DNA from: an uncultured virus (IMG/VR IMGVR_UViG_3300005764_000015)
Lineage: Duplodnaviria; Heunggongvirae; Uroviricota; Caudoviricetes
Strand: one strand, 5' to 3'
Length of the DNA stretch: 64,000 bases
IMG/VR virus record: IMGVR_UViG_3300005764_000015
Coordinates: 1-64,000 of that record
Shown here: positions 36,329-46,272 of the stretch, in pieces
Numbering within the stretch: the stretch's first letter is position 1
How the letters are laid out: the number at the start of each line of letters is the position of its first letter
Notes under the pieces: model-generated
Told to the model about the DNA's origin: nothing
What the model saw: only the letters and a program-made list of their open reading frames with translations
Databases searched by the model: none
Translations under genes and position numbers: made by a program

Positions 36329-37054
36329 ATGGCAGACCACAATTTCCCTTCGCCGAAAGAAGTTGCTGAAATTCTCTCTACCGAACCTGAATACGATCTC
36401 TCCACACTAACCGCAGAAGAAAAACCCATAGCCTTAAAGTTGATCCCGCTCGTCGTGGGCCGAGTGCGCGAGACGGTGCGGGTGGATCTAGAGGCAAAGA
36501 AGGCCCGCGAACTCGAACAACACATCCAATCGCTCAGCGCTCAGAACGCCGAGATGATGGAAAAAGAAATAACCAAGCTCAAAGAGTCGAACAAGCCGCC
36601 GTCGCCGGAAGACCTGAGCAAGCTACTCAGCCAGGAATACGCCGAGATGACCGTGCGCCTGGTGGTGCGTGACGGCAGCGGAAGAAAAGAGCGCACGTTC
36701 GTCATCCGCGAGCTACCGCAGTCGATCGAGATGCGGCTCTTCAAATCCATATTCGACTTACTGCTGCCCAACGTCAAAAAGCTGAGCGCTGCAAACTTCG
36801 CTCCCGGTTCGAGCACAGAACAAAAGGTGCAGCAGGTAGTTGACATGCTGCCCGAAGCCATGACCCTGATGTCCGATCTATGTGCCACGTGCCTGGATCC
36901 ATACGGCGATGAGAAAATAAATGGAGATTGGGTGCGGATGAACATGAGTTCCGCACGGATCAGAGACGTACTGGAAGCACAGGTTGCCGTAGGGCGGATC
37001 CGGGATTTTTTCTCTCAAGCTGTCCGCATAGTCCCAGAATACCTGACTCAGTGA
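36329..37054 (+). CDS. Tail assembly chaperone (gpG-like)
   Basis: Between the tube and tape measure genes; contains RDFF near its end, at the slippery site. Confidence 0.75.
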   Translation: MADHNFPSPKEVAEILSTEPEYDLSTLTAEEKPIALKLIPLVVGRVRETVRVDLEAKKARELEQHIQSLSAQNAEMMEKEITKLKESNKPPSPEDLSKLLSQEYAEMTVRLVVRDGSGRKERTFVIRELPQSIEMRLFKSIFDLLLPNVKKLSAANFAPGSSTEQKVQQVVDMLPEAMTLMSDLCATCLDPYGDEKINGDWVRMNMSSARIRDVLEAQVAVGRIRDFFSQAVRIVPEYLTQ

Positions 37055-37449
37055 CTAATAGTGCATTACCGGCGGTGGCAGCTGCGGCCAGTTGGATGGA
37101 ATCGTTTCATATGCCAATGCGTGAGATTTATAAGCGATTTACTAAGTCGGAACTGGCGATCATGGGCTGGCGTAGCGCCGAGCTAGCTTACAACATGCAT
37201 GTATCCCACGGGAGAGGGGCCAACGATGGTGCCAGACGGCCCCTGATCGACGAAGATATGGATCTACGGGGCCGGTCCGAGCCGGATGTGGAGCATCAGT
37301 TACGGGTTATGGGCGAGGCGCTTGCCCCCATTGCCAAGAAGATGGTCAACGAGCGTGGAGAGATAGATCTGCGTCGCCTTACCGGGCCTGAGGCACTGCG
37401 TTACTTTGCAGTTTTGGGGATCCCCATTGGAGGTCGCGTACTAAGATGA
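37006..37449 (+). CDS. Tail assembly chaperone -1 frameshift extension (gpGT-like)
   Basis: T TTT TTC heptamer at 37006-37012; -1 frame open to 37449. Confidence 0.7.
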   Translation, partial: FFLSSCPHSPRIPDSVTNSALPAVAAAASWMESFHMPMREIYKRFTKSELAIMGWRSAELAYNMHVSHGRGANDGARRPLIDEDMDLRGRSEPDVEHQLRVMGEALAPIAKKMVNERGEIDLRRLTGPEALRYFAVLGIPIGGRVLR

Positions 37450-40400
37450 GCCCCAGCGGAGCGTCAGCAACAGAGCAACTGCTTCTGAAATTCGGTCTTG
37501 ACTTATCGCCGCTGAAAGAAGCGTCGGCAGCAGTCAAAGCCACTATTCAGGAATTGAACAAGTTCGCAGCCGATATAGCATCAGGGCCGAGCGATGAAGA
37601 TTTGTCACGAGTCAAGGAGATGACTGATGCGTTGCTTCAGATGCAGAAGCTGAAGCAGGAACAAGCTAATGCAGAAGCAGCTGTGAATGCAAAGGCCATG
37701 CAGGAGAAGCTGGCGGCCCAGCAGATAGCAACAGAAGCAGCAAGAACAGAAACAGAAGAGGCACGCAAAGAAACAGCCGAGATAGAAAAACAGTTAGCCC
37801 TGCTGAGAGAAAAGAACGCCGAGAAGAATAAAGAAAAGCATCATGAAGAGGGCGGCCTGGGAGAGATGCTTCAAAAGTTTGCCACTGGTGGTGTCGGCAT
37901 TATGGGAGGCGGGCTGGCGCAGGCAGGGCTGCTTGGGTTGCTGGGCGGTGGTACATTTGCCCTGGCTGAGAAGGCAGTTGATCATCTCCTTGAAAGCATT
38001 GAGCATTTAAAAGAAGCACTAGAAGAGGCTTTTGTCACAGCTGAGAAAATGGCAAAGCCTTTGGCCGCTCTTGAAAATATAGCTCAGAAGTCGGGCACGA
38101 GTGCCGAGAAGGTGATGGAAGAACTGGATGCAGCGACGGGTCATGTGGTGAATAACATGACGCTGCTTCAGTACGGCATGACGGCCATGAATAACCTGAC
38201 TGACATCTCCACTGAAAAGATGGCCGAGTGGGCTAAGAGTGCTAGCGATGCTGCTACTGCCATGGGGCATACGCGCGAAGAAGGTATAAACGCCTTGTCA
38301 CGCGCTATACAGACCGGGCAAACGCGTATGCTGGCGCACATAACGGGTATTCGGGCGCTGAAAGATCACTACAAGCAGGCTGCACCGGCGTTTAGTGAGG
38401 CTGCTGATCGCCTTCGCAAGATAGATGATGTAATGGGTCAGATAAATACGAAATTGGAGGGCATGGAAAAGGTCAGCACTATCAAAGGTGCGTGGGCAGA
38501 GTTGAGCAAGCAACAGGAAGAATTCTTTGTCGGCTTCTTTATAGGTGCACAGAAGTCGGTTCTTTACAAAGATCTCGTTGCAATTATCAAAGATCTGGCT
38601 ACAGCCCTTGAGCTGGTGAATCCATTGATGGAGAAGCTAGGCTCATTAATAGGCGATATTGCCGGATGGGTGGTGAGGCTACAGCCACTTTACTGGGCTT
38701 TCAGAGGAATATTGGTCGAGATCAAAGGTGCCGCTAAGGCTGTTTCTGATTTATACAATGAGATCAGAAAGTTGATGGGCCTGGAAGACGAGCGCGAAAA
38801 GAAGAAGCAAAAGCCAGAAGAAGAAGAGAGCGCGCAGCACATGCAGTATGCAGCCAAGATGGCAACGATGGATGACGCCATCCTTCAGGCTCAGAAAAAG
38901 GCTGCATCCGAACATACAATTGCATTACTAACAGAAACCAAGAAGCGCGTTGAAGAGCAGCTAAAGCTAGAACGCGAGGCCATGTCGCGCGGTGAGGGCC
39001 TTGCCAAAGATCATCAGGACAGAATAGCAGCGTTAGAAAAAGATCGCTTGAAGAGCACCAAAGATCTTATCAGGGCCCGATATGTCTCTGAGCAGGACGC
39101 TCTGCACGACAAGCAAATGCTTCTGTTCCAGACTACCGGCAGGACGGGGACGACGCCGGAGCTGATTAAAGAGCAGGAAAAAGTCAATGCCGAGATAGCC
39201 GCAAGCAGCCAGAAATTCAAAGATGATATGTTGGCGGCAAACGCAGATGCCAGCCGCGAAGATAAAGAGCGTACTCTGAAGGATGCCCAAGAGCTGATAA
39301 AGCTTCACGAGGAGCAGAACAAGCGCATCTCCGAATTAGATAAGGCCGCGCTGGAAGATCGTAGGTCAGCTAATGAAGCCGCATATCATCGAGACCGCAA
39401 GGGCCTGGAAGACTACTTCGCGGATCGTAGGAGTATGGAACAGGCAGAGCACGAGGCTACGGAGCAGGACTTAATAGCGCAGAGGCAATTACACGCTGAC
39501 GAGCCGGAGAAAGTAGCGGAAATAGACAAGCAGATTCAGCTAGCGCATAATACCGCCAGGCAAAAAGCAAGGGAAACAGACGATGCTGAAGAAGATGCCA
39601 AGCTCAAGCGTTTAGATGAGCATCTGAAGCAGGAGTTAGAAATAACTCAATCAGCCCTCAAGGAACAGAAGACAGCTAACGAGGAGTATCTAAAAAGTGG
39701 CCTTGCTAACTGGGATGACTATTATCAGGAGAAGCTGAGGTTAATCGATGCGAACAGGAAGGCTGAGTTAGATCACATTGATGCCCTAAAAATAGCTCAT
39801 GCCGGAGAAGTTCATTACATCGAACAGCTGAATTATCAGCGGGGCCAGATCGAGCGTAAATACGCAGCTGAACGCCTAGCTGCAGAGGAAGCTGAAGGCA
39901 AGGAGCACTTAGCGTTCATCAACGAGCGCTACGGCATGCGCCAGCAGATAGCGCAGGCGAAGCTGGCACAGTTTCAGGCTCAGCCGGGCATGCAAGGCGC
40001 TGGGGCCGGAATTATAGAAAATGAGATAGAAGTACTCAAGCAAAAGCTGGCAGCCTTACCAGATGTTTTAGCCAAGAGCCCGCAGCTGTTGAACGAGGTT
40101 AGACTGGCAACGATCCAGCTTAACACCGAGCTGAAGAAGCTCGAGCTGCAGCTTATACAGATGAAAAGCGTTGCATACGCTGCAAGCACTGCCTTTCAAG
40201 GCATTGGCAATCAGATCGGAAAGATATTTACCTCACCGTTTGCACAGAATCTCGCGAAGATACTCAATATCGGAGCCGGAGCAATGCGCTCATCCGTTGA
40301 GCGCCGGGATATCATGGCAACGCCTTGGAAGAGAGACGAGACAGGCGCATTTGTAAAAGGCTCCGAAAATATGACTTTGTTCGTCAACAAGCTGGGCGCT

Positions 40401-41618
40401 GCAGTCGGAGCCGTGGGCGATTTTGTTACAGCAATTACGCAGGCACAAAGCGCCATAGCCGGTGGTCTTGGCGGCGCCATGTCCGGTGGCGGCCTGGGCG
40501 GCATGATTGGCCAGACTATGGGCAGTTTGTTCAAGAGCATTGGCAAGATGGGCGGCCCAATCGGCGAGGCAGTTGGGATGGTGGTTGGCGGTGTGATGGG
40601 CGCCATTACCGGATCAAAGAACGCGGCGATAAAGAGGAACATAGACCAGCTCAAGAACCAGATGCAAGCCATTCAGCTAGCCCTGAAAGAAAACGCCAAC
40701 AACATCGCACAGACCATCACGCAAATACAGGGGCTGATCAATCAGGCAAGGATGGAGCAGGCGCAGTCAAAGAAGGGTGGCGAGCAGTATCAGAAAGTCA
40801 TCGACGACTACTCACAGCAGCTGCAAGACCTGCAGGTGCAGCAGCAGGGAGTCATCCGGGATATGAACCAACAGCTGGCAATCCTGCAGGCGCCGCTGGG
40901 CGGGCAAGACTTTTTGAAGTCGCTGCAGGACATCTATACCAGCTACAACAAATTCGTGGGCGCTGCACAGAATGCCAACGACTTAGCATCAGCAAATCAG
41001 TGGCTGGATCTGAGCTTGAAAAATCTCGCCAGGACTACGGAAGAATACAACGAGCAGCAGCTGTCGGAATTCAATCAAGATCAACAGAATGCCGTCAACG
41101 ATGCCATCAAGTTAAACGACTTACTGCTCGAGCGGCAGCAGCTCATGAACCAGATGGCAGATCAAATCCGGGGCGTGCTCAGCCAGGGTTCGCTACAGCG
41201 TCAGGCAACGAGAGCACAGACGGCAGGCGAGCAGATAGCTCAGATCAAGCTGGACACGGACAAGCAGCTGCAGCAGCTGAACGCCGAGATAGCAACGACT
41301 CAGTACAAGGTGGCCAGTGAGCAGCAGATCTTTAACTTAGCTACGACACGCATCGGTCTGGAAATGCAGCTGGTCGGCCTACAGAATGACCAGACAGACC
41401 GTGACATGGTCCGCATCGAGCAATTGCAGCAACTGGTAGCCGGGCTGAAAGACGTAGCCGGGTTCGCTCCTGGCGTACTTGCCAACGTACAAAAGGGATA
41501 TAGCAGCGCAGCTGGCACACCAATGAGCATGCAGGACATCCTGGATGAGTACTTTGCAGCCGCCTACGCCTCCCGCTCAGCGTACGGATATGGCGCCTTC
41601 CGGGGCCAGAATCTATGA
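37446..41618 (+). CDS. Tape measure protein
   Basis: 1390 aa helical, Ala/Glu/Lys-rich with Gly-rich hydrophobic segments. Confidence 0.88.
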   Translation: MSPSGASATEQLLLKFGLDLSPLKEASAAVKATIQELNKFAADIASGPSDEDLSRVKEMTDALLQMQKLKQEQANAEAAVNAKAMQEKLAAQQIATEAARTETEEARKETAEIEKQLALLREKNAEKNKEKHHEEGGLGEMLQKFATGGVGIMGGGLAQAGLLGLLGGGTFALAEKAVDHLLESIEHLKEALEEAFVTAEKMAKPLAALENIAQKSGTSAEKVMEELDAATGHVVNNMTLLQYGMTAMNNLTDISTEKMAEWAKSASDAATAMGHTREEGINALSRAIQTGQTRMLAHITGIRALKDHYKQAAPAFSEAADRLRKIDDVMGQINTKLEGMEKVSTIKGAWAELSKQQEEFFVGFFIGAQKSVLYKDLVAIIKDLATALELVNPLMEKLGSLIGDIAGWVVRLQPLYWAFRGILVEIKGAAKAVSDLYNEIRKLMGLEDEREKKKQKPEEEESAQHMQYAAKMATMDDAILQAQKKAASEHTIALLTETKKRVEEQLKLEREAMSRGEGLAKDHQDRIAALEKDRLKSTKDLIRARYVSEQDALHDKQMLLFQTTGRTGTTPELIKEQEKVNAEIAASSQKFKDDMLAANADASREDKERTLKDAQELIKLHEEQNKRISELDKAALEDRRSANEAAYHRDRKGLEDYFADRRSMEQAEHEATEQDLIAQRQLHADEPEKVAEIDKQIQLAHNTARQKARETDDAEEDAKLKRLDEHLKQELEITQSALKEQKTANEEYLKSGLANWDDYYQEKLRLIDANRKAELDHIDALKIAHAGEVHYIEQLNYQRGQIERKYAAERLAAEEAEGKEHLAFINERYGMRQQIAQAKLAQFQAQPGMQGAGAGIIENEIEVLKQKLAALPDVLAKSPQLLNEVRLATIQLNTELKKLELQLIQMKSVAYAASTAFQGIGNQIGKIFTSPFAQNLAKILNIGAGAMRSSVERRDIMATPWKRDETGAFVKGSENMTLFVNKLGAAVGAVGDFVTAITQAQSAIAGGLGGAMSGGGLGGMIGQTMGSLFKSIGKMGGPIGEAVGMVVGGVMGAITGSKNAAIKRNIDQLKNQMQAIQLALKENANNIAQTITQIQGLINQARMEQAQSKKGGEQYQKVIDDYSQQLQDLQVQQQGVIRDMNQQLAILQAPLGGQDFLKSLQDIYTSYNKFVGAAQNANDLASANQWLDLSLKNLARTTEEYNEQQLSEFNQDQQNAVNDAIKLNDLLLERQQLMNQMADQIRGVLSQGSLQRQATRAQTAGEQIAQIKLDTDKQLQQLNAEIATTQYKVASEQQIFNLATTRIGLEMQLVGLQNDQTDRDMVRIEQLQQLVAGLKDVAGFAPGVLANVQKGYSSAAGTPMSMQDILDEYFAAAYASRSAYGYGAFRGQNL

Positions 41619-41696
41619 TAGGTGGTCCTAAGTATCGGGTACAGGGCCAGCGACGCTGCCTGACGGGCCCTACAGCGACGGAAACAGGGGTTTGCC

Positions 41697-44600
41697 ATGG
41701 CCTTTAAACTCATGATCAGCTGGAGTGGCGCCGAACGCGACTACACCCGGTATCTCATTCATCAGTCGCTGTCGATCAGTGAATCGCTCAACGTTCCTAC
41801 CACCTGCACGTTTTCGCTTTCGCCGATAGACTCGATGTTCGTGATCCCGCCCGAACACGCCTACATCGACCTGTACGGCACGCTGAAGAATAAAAGCCTG
41901 TTCACCGGCTTTATCACCGTACAGCCGAAAATGGTCTACATGGCCCTTTCGCCGACGCCGATCATGGGCGGCCAGTTATTCGAGTACCAAATCAACTGCT
42001 CGAGCGATGAGCACTTACTAAATATCAAATCGGTGCCGTTCATACCGGCATATCTGAATCAGTATCAGGGAGATATTCTAGCGTCGATAGCAGAAGTGCT
42101 GTGCCCCGGCTTCTTTGATACAACGATGCTGCAGAAAGGCGATATAGTCCCGTACTTCGAGTACAAGCCAACGCAGTCGTGGTCCGAGTTAGCCAAAGAG
42201 TGGGGAGATGCAACGCGCTTCCGTAACCGGGGCAGAAATAAAAAGCTGGTATACGCACCGTACGATGACGCACCGCTCGGCATAGGCTACGACGAAAGAA
42301 AAGCTCAGCGGACCTTCGATCCAAAGGGCCTGAATACGGATGTAATGACAGTGCCGCTGGTGAACGATGTTACGATCATCGGCAGAGCAGAGGCCGGAAA
42401 CAATCGCGAGGACTATTTTATCGGCGACGGCTTTACTGGCACCTTTCCGCTGCACCACAAGACGTTCGAAGGCGCATCGGCATTGCTGTTGAACGAGCCG
42501 TGGACTAACACCGATCTGAACAAGCAGAACTGGTATCTGCTAGACCCGTACATGGAATTCGATTTTACCGCAGGTGCATTGAATATCGTCACGCCTGCGC
42601 CACCGCACAAGCTGGGCGACTCCTATCTCCAGATGAACAACGGCTTGGAAGTAGCGGGCAGCATAGACTTAGAGCACGGCGAGATTACGTTCAACGGGCA
42701 CTGCGAGGGAATAATCGGCGGCCTGTACGGCAGCTTTGATGAGAACACGCAGGATAAATTAATAGCCGGGTTTGTCATCTCTACGACCGACAAGCTAACG
42801 CCGCCAGCAATTATTCCGTTGCCGGGCGGCGGAGGCATGCAGGGCATAGGCTATGGCGGAATACAGATAGCAGCATTTGCCGTGCAGCAACCGACAGCCA
42901 AAGATGCGGAACAAATCGGCGACGTGATCATTACGAAGCCGAACCATAACTACGTGCTGCAGACGCTGATTACAGCTCCGATGTATACCCGGTACAATCA
43001 GGTGTACCGCACGCAGGATGGCACAGAGTTCGGTGGGACTGTAGATAGCGTGCCGTGCTCGATCACGTTTGCCGTGCAGGATTGGGATATCCTGGCAGTG
43101 AAGGTCGGCACAGATTTCTTTTACGAGCCGACGATCACGAAGATAGCATCGCTAGATATCGAGTTACCGGCTTTCCTTGCCTACGCACTGATCAATAATC
43201 AGCAGCTGAATCTAACGCTTGGCAATACGGTGGTCGCAGCGATGCCGCAAGGCTCTCTGTTCGCACTATGTGGGCCGTCTGGATTAGCAAGACCAACCGG
43301 GTGGCTGCCGATGCTGCCGTGGACGTCGGGCTGGGTCAAGAAAGGCGACATGTGGGCAACGGGTTTCATCGGCCCGGTGCTGCCGTGGCCTAGCCCGGCA
43401 TCGGGTAACATCGTACCCGGGCCGTTGATGCTGTCAGACACAGCAGTGCAGGAAGTGCTGGGCAACGGCCTGGAATTACAGGTAGCTCAAATTACGCCTG
43501 GCAATGAGTCGGATACGCTCGGATTCTACAACCAGAATCCGCTTACCATCCCGGCAGCAGGAACGCCGTTGCGGTTTCAGTCCTGGGAATCGCAGGCAGC
43601 AATAGCCAGAATACAGAACAAAGATTCGATTGACAGTGAAGCAGATATCGTGGGAGATGACGGCATACGATCAGCAGTAGTAAGTGACCTGACTCCACTG
43701 CCACGCACAAGCGAAGACTGCGACAACGCGGCATTGGCCTATCTGCACGACCGCGGCATGGTGCTCTACAAGGGCACTTACACATGCACGAGCTTTTTCT
43801 TCACCGGAGACGACAAGGACTGGCAATATTTCCCTACGTGCGGCAGGGAGTTATTCATCCACGCCCCGAAAAGAAAAATCGACCAACAGAATTATCTGGT
43901 CACCACGCTGAAGATCAGCATTCTCGACTTACAGACGGAATTGCTCTCGTATGAGATCGGATTCGGCGCCGACTTATACCTGGAAAAGATGCTTAAGAAT
44001 TTCATAATGCCAGATCCGGCCACGGTGCTCACGTTCAAAGACAAAGCAGATCCGCCAGATCCACGCTACACTACGCAGGTTGGAAATTCGTATCTGCCGG
44101 ATCTCAACAATGTGCAGATCTCACTGTTCCAGATCGTAGATGATCGGTGCCGCGTGGAAGTATTCGATACATGGCTTACAGATCCAGACAACCCGTGGGA
44201 CGGTGCAATAGAAATCAGGCGCCAGGATCATAATTGGGGCAACAAAGATCTGCCGGATTACGTCGATCTGGTCAGCCCGCCTATTACCGAGTCGGATGGC
44301 ATTTACTCGCTGGAATTCGACTTACTTCGCAGGCAGTACGACCAGACGTGGTATCTGCGGCCAGTGAAAGATGGCATCTATTCGCGTAGATCAAAAGTGC
44401 TTCGCCTGATGTGGCCCATGAAGCCAGATCAGCCCCTATACATCGGCGCCACGGCCATACGGGAGCAGCCGAGCCAAGAAATGGGGATGATAGATTCGTA
44501 CAACGTGCAGTATGGCTTTAACGGCGATGTGCGGAATATCTGGGGAGTAGAAATAAGAGGTGCGGATAATAGAACGATCCTGGTGCAGAAGCAGTGCACG

Positions 44601-46265
44601 GCAGCAGCATCTGACTTACTGATAGACTTAGCACAGACGCCGATGCCGTTCATGCCCGCGCCATACAATACCGACTTTGAAATTTACGCTTACTTTTTCA
44701 ACCAAGCATGGATTTACTCCGATGGCCTACCGATAGATGTAAGGCGGATGGCAACGCTGGACATGCCGCTTATCTGGTCGCCCGGATACGCCAACATCGG
44801 GCCGGGCGATACGTTTGATATGTGGGGCAACTTCGGAATAAAGCCCTTCTATAAGATGACCGAAGACGGGACACCGATCGTGTCGTTCACCATGATCGGC
44901 AACCCGGCGCCAAACCAAGTCAGCAAGATCGTGGGCGAGCCCGTCCTGCTTATCGCTACAGCAACAGACGCCGGAGCTTCTATTCCACCCGGCAAATACG
45001 CGGTAGCCGTATGTGCCTGGGATGGCGTGGTGCCGAGCGATCCTTCCGTTCATCCCAGCTTCAAAGAGTCGCCGATGTCGAATGTGATATACGTTGACGT
45101 AGCGCAAGGGCAGGCCATAGATATTACGATAGACCCACCTGACTTAGCAACAGCACAGGAAGTATTTATCAGCGCCACGAATAATAATCAGATCTGGTTT
45201 TGGGTCGCCAAGATCGGCGCTACAGATACGTCGTATAGAATCACGTCAGTGCCGCATTGGAACGTGGGCGCACCCGATGATGAATTCGATCATTTCCGGG
45301 TGCAGAATAAAATCGAATGGCATGCAGGCATCCTGGGCGCGCAGGTGCATGGAGTTATCTGGAATAAGTTGCAGATCGGCATGACGAATGTGAATGGCGA
45401 AGACTACCATTTTATCCCGGGCTCGCTGGTGGGCCGCTCAATTAGCATGTTAGCCAAGTACGATCCTGATGTGGAAATACCAATCGTCAATTACAAGATC
45501 ATAGATAACGATGAAGAGTGGATTCAAGTCGGCCCAAATACGTACAACCAGATACCGCCTGACCTGACTACTATCTTTGCAGAGAATGATGTAATCACGA
45601 TTCGGTGCAGGCCAGAGCAGATCACATCTAACAGCTACGTGGACCCGCTGTGGATCAACCCGTTCAGTGCCAACAAGGATGCTAACGGCAACTATGTGCT
45701 GGATGACAACGGGAATAAAATCTACGGCCTGAGACCGCACGAAGAAACCGGCCGCCTGTGCTGGATCATAGATGGCCCTGGAAGAGGGCAGGTGCGCGCC
45801 ATAGCTGATAATACGGATACAAAAATCACGCTGTCGAGCGACTGGGATCCGGCTAACATGCCGACAGCAGATAGCGTGATAGTCGTGGTAGACGCACAGT
45901 GGAGGCCCACTTATGATACGCAGCAGTACGAAGTAGCTGACAGATTTTCCTACGGCCCAATCGTAGATCAGAACTTCGGCACGTTCGGGCCTGTGGCACA
46001 GCCTGATGTGCAGAACCTCGGCGGCATCACCTGGATACTGCGGCTGCTGACGATCAGTGCAGACGGTAGGTACAACGATACGGATGATAGAATTCCCATG
46101 AGAGAAGCTTATGCCTTCCCGGCCTTCGGGACATCGCAGAATGACATGGGCACGATCAGCTGGGATACTGGCGGTGCAGACTTAACGCCGCAGGGACGCA
46201 GAGTGTTCCGGCGCGGAACGCGGATGAGAGTGATCAATGGAGTGTTTGTGAAGTCAACGATGTGA
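41697..46265 (+). CDS. Tail tip/baseplate hub protein
   Basis: 1522 aa beta-rich protein directly after the tape measure gene. Confidence 0.7.
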   Translation: MAFKLMISWSGAERDYTRYLIHQSLSISESLNVPTTCTFSLSPIDSMFVIPPEHAYIDLYGTLKNKSLFTGFITVQPKMVYMALSPTPIMGGQLFEYQINCSSDEHLLNIKSVPFIPAYLNQYQGDILASIAEVLCPGFFDTTMLQKGDIVPYFEYKPTQSWSELAKEWGDATRFRNRGRNKKLVYAPYDDAPLGIGYDERKAQRTFDPKGLNTDVMTVPLVNDVTIIGRAEAGNNREDYFIGDGFTGTFPLHHKTFEGASALLLNEPWTNTDLNKQNWYLLDPYMEFDFTAGALNIVTPAPPHKLGDSYLQMNNGLEVAGSIDLEHGEITFNGHCEGIIGGLYGSFDENTQDKLIAGFVISTTDKLTPPAIIPLPGGGGMQGIGYGGIQIAAFAVQQPTAKDAEQIGDVIITKPNHNYVLQTLITAPMYTRYNQVYRTQDGTEFGGTVDSVPCSITFAVQDWDILAVKVGTDFFYEPTITKIASLDIELPAFLAYALINNQQLNLTLGNTVVAAMPQGSLFALCGPSGLARPTGWLPMLPWTSGWVKKGDMWATGFIGPVLPWPSPASGNIVPGPLMLSDTAVQEVLGNGLELQVAQITPGNESDTLGFYNQNPLTIPAAGTPLRFQSWESQAAIARIQNKDSIDSEADIVGDDGIRSAVVSDLTPLPRTSEDCDNAALAYLHDRGMVLYKGTYTCTSFFFTGDDKDWQYFPTCGRELFIHAPKRKIDQQNYLVTTLKISILDLQTELLSYEIGFGADLYLEKMLKNFIMPDPATVLTFKDKADPPDPRYTTQVGNSYLPDLNNVQISLFQIVDDRCRVEVFDTWLTDPDNPWDGAIEIRRQDHNWGNKDLPDYVDLVSPPITESDGIYSLEFDLLRRQYDQTWYLRPVKDGIYSRRSKVLRLMWPMKPDQPLYIGATAIREQPSQEMGMIDSYNVQYGFNGDVRNIWGVEIRGADNRTILVQKQCTAAASDLLIDLAQTPMPFMPAPYNTDFEIYAYFFNQAWIYSDGLPIDVRRMATLDMPLIWSPGYANIGPGDTFDMWGNFGIKPFYKMTEDGTPIVSFTMIGNPAPNQVSKIVGEPVLLIATATDAGASIPPGKYAVAVCAWDGVVPSDPSVHPSFKESPMSNVIYVDVAQGQAIDITIDPPDLATAQEVFISATNNNQIWFWVAKIGATDTSYRITSVPHWNVGAPDDEFDHFRVQNKIEWHAGILGAQVHGVIWNKLQIGMTNVNGEDYHFIPGSLVGRSISMLAKYDPDVEIPIVNYKIIDNDEEWIQVGPNTYNQIPPDLTTIFAENDVITIRCRPEQITSNSYVDPLWINPFSANKDANGNYVLDDNGNKIYGLRPHEETGRLCWIIDGPGRGQVRAIADNTDTKITLSSDWDPANMPTADSVIVVVDAQWRPTYDTQQYEVADRFSYGPIVDQNFGTFGPVAQPDVQNLGGITWILRLLTISADGRYNDTDDRIPMREAYAFPAFGTSQNDMGTISWDTGGADLTPQGRRVFRRGTRMRVINGVFVKSTM

Positions 46266-46272
46266 GGAAAAG

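Noticed and set aside
40325..41320. 331-aa alternate-frame ORF in the tape measure gene
   Set aside because: Arg-rich frame shadow with no start signals.
1125..46185. GACTTA (Asp-Leu with TTA) seems frequent for this GC content
   Set aside because: Impression only; it needs k-mer counts against a codon-preserving background.
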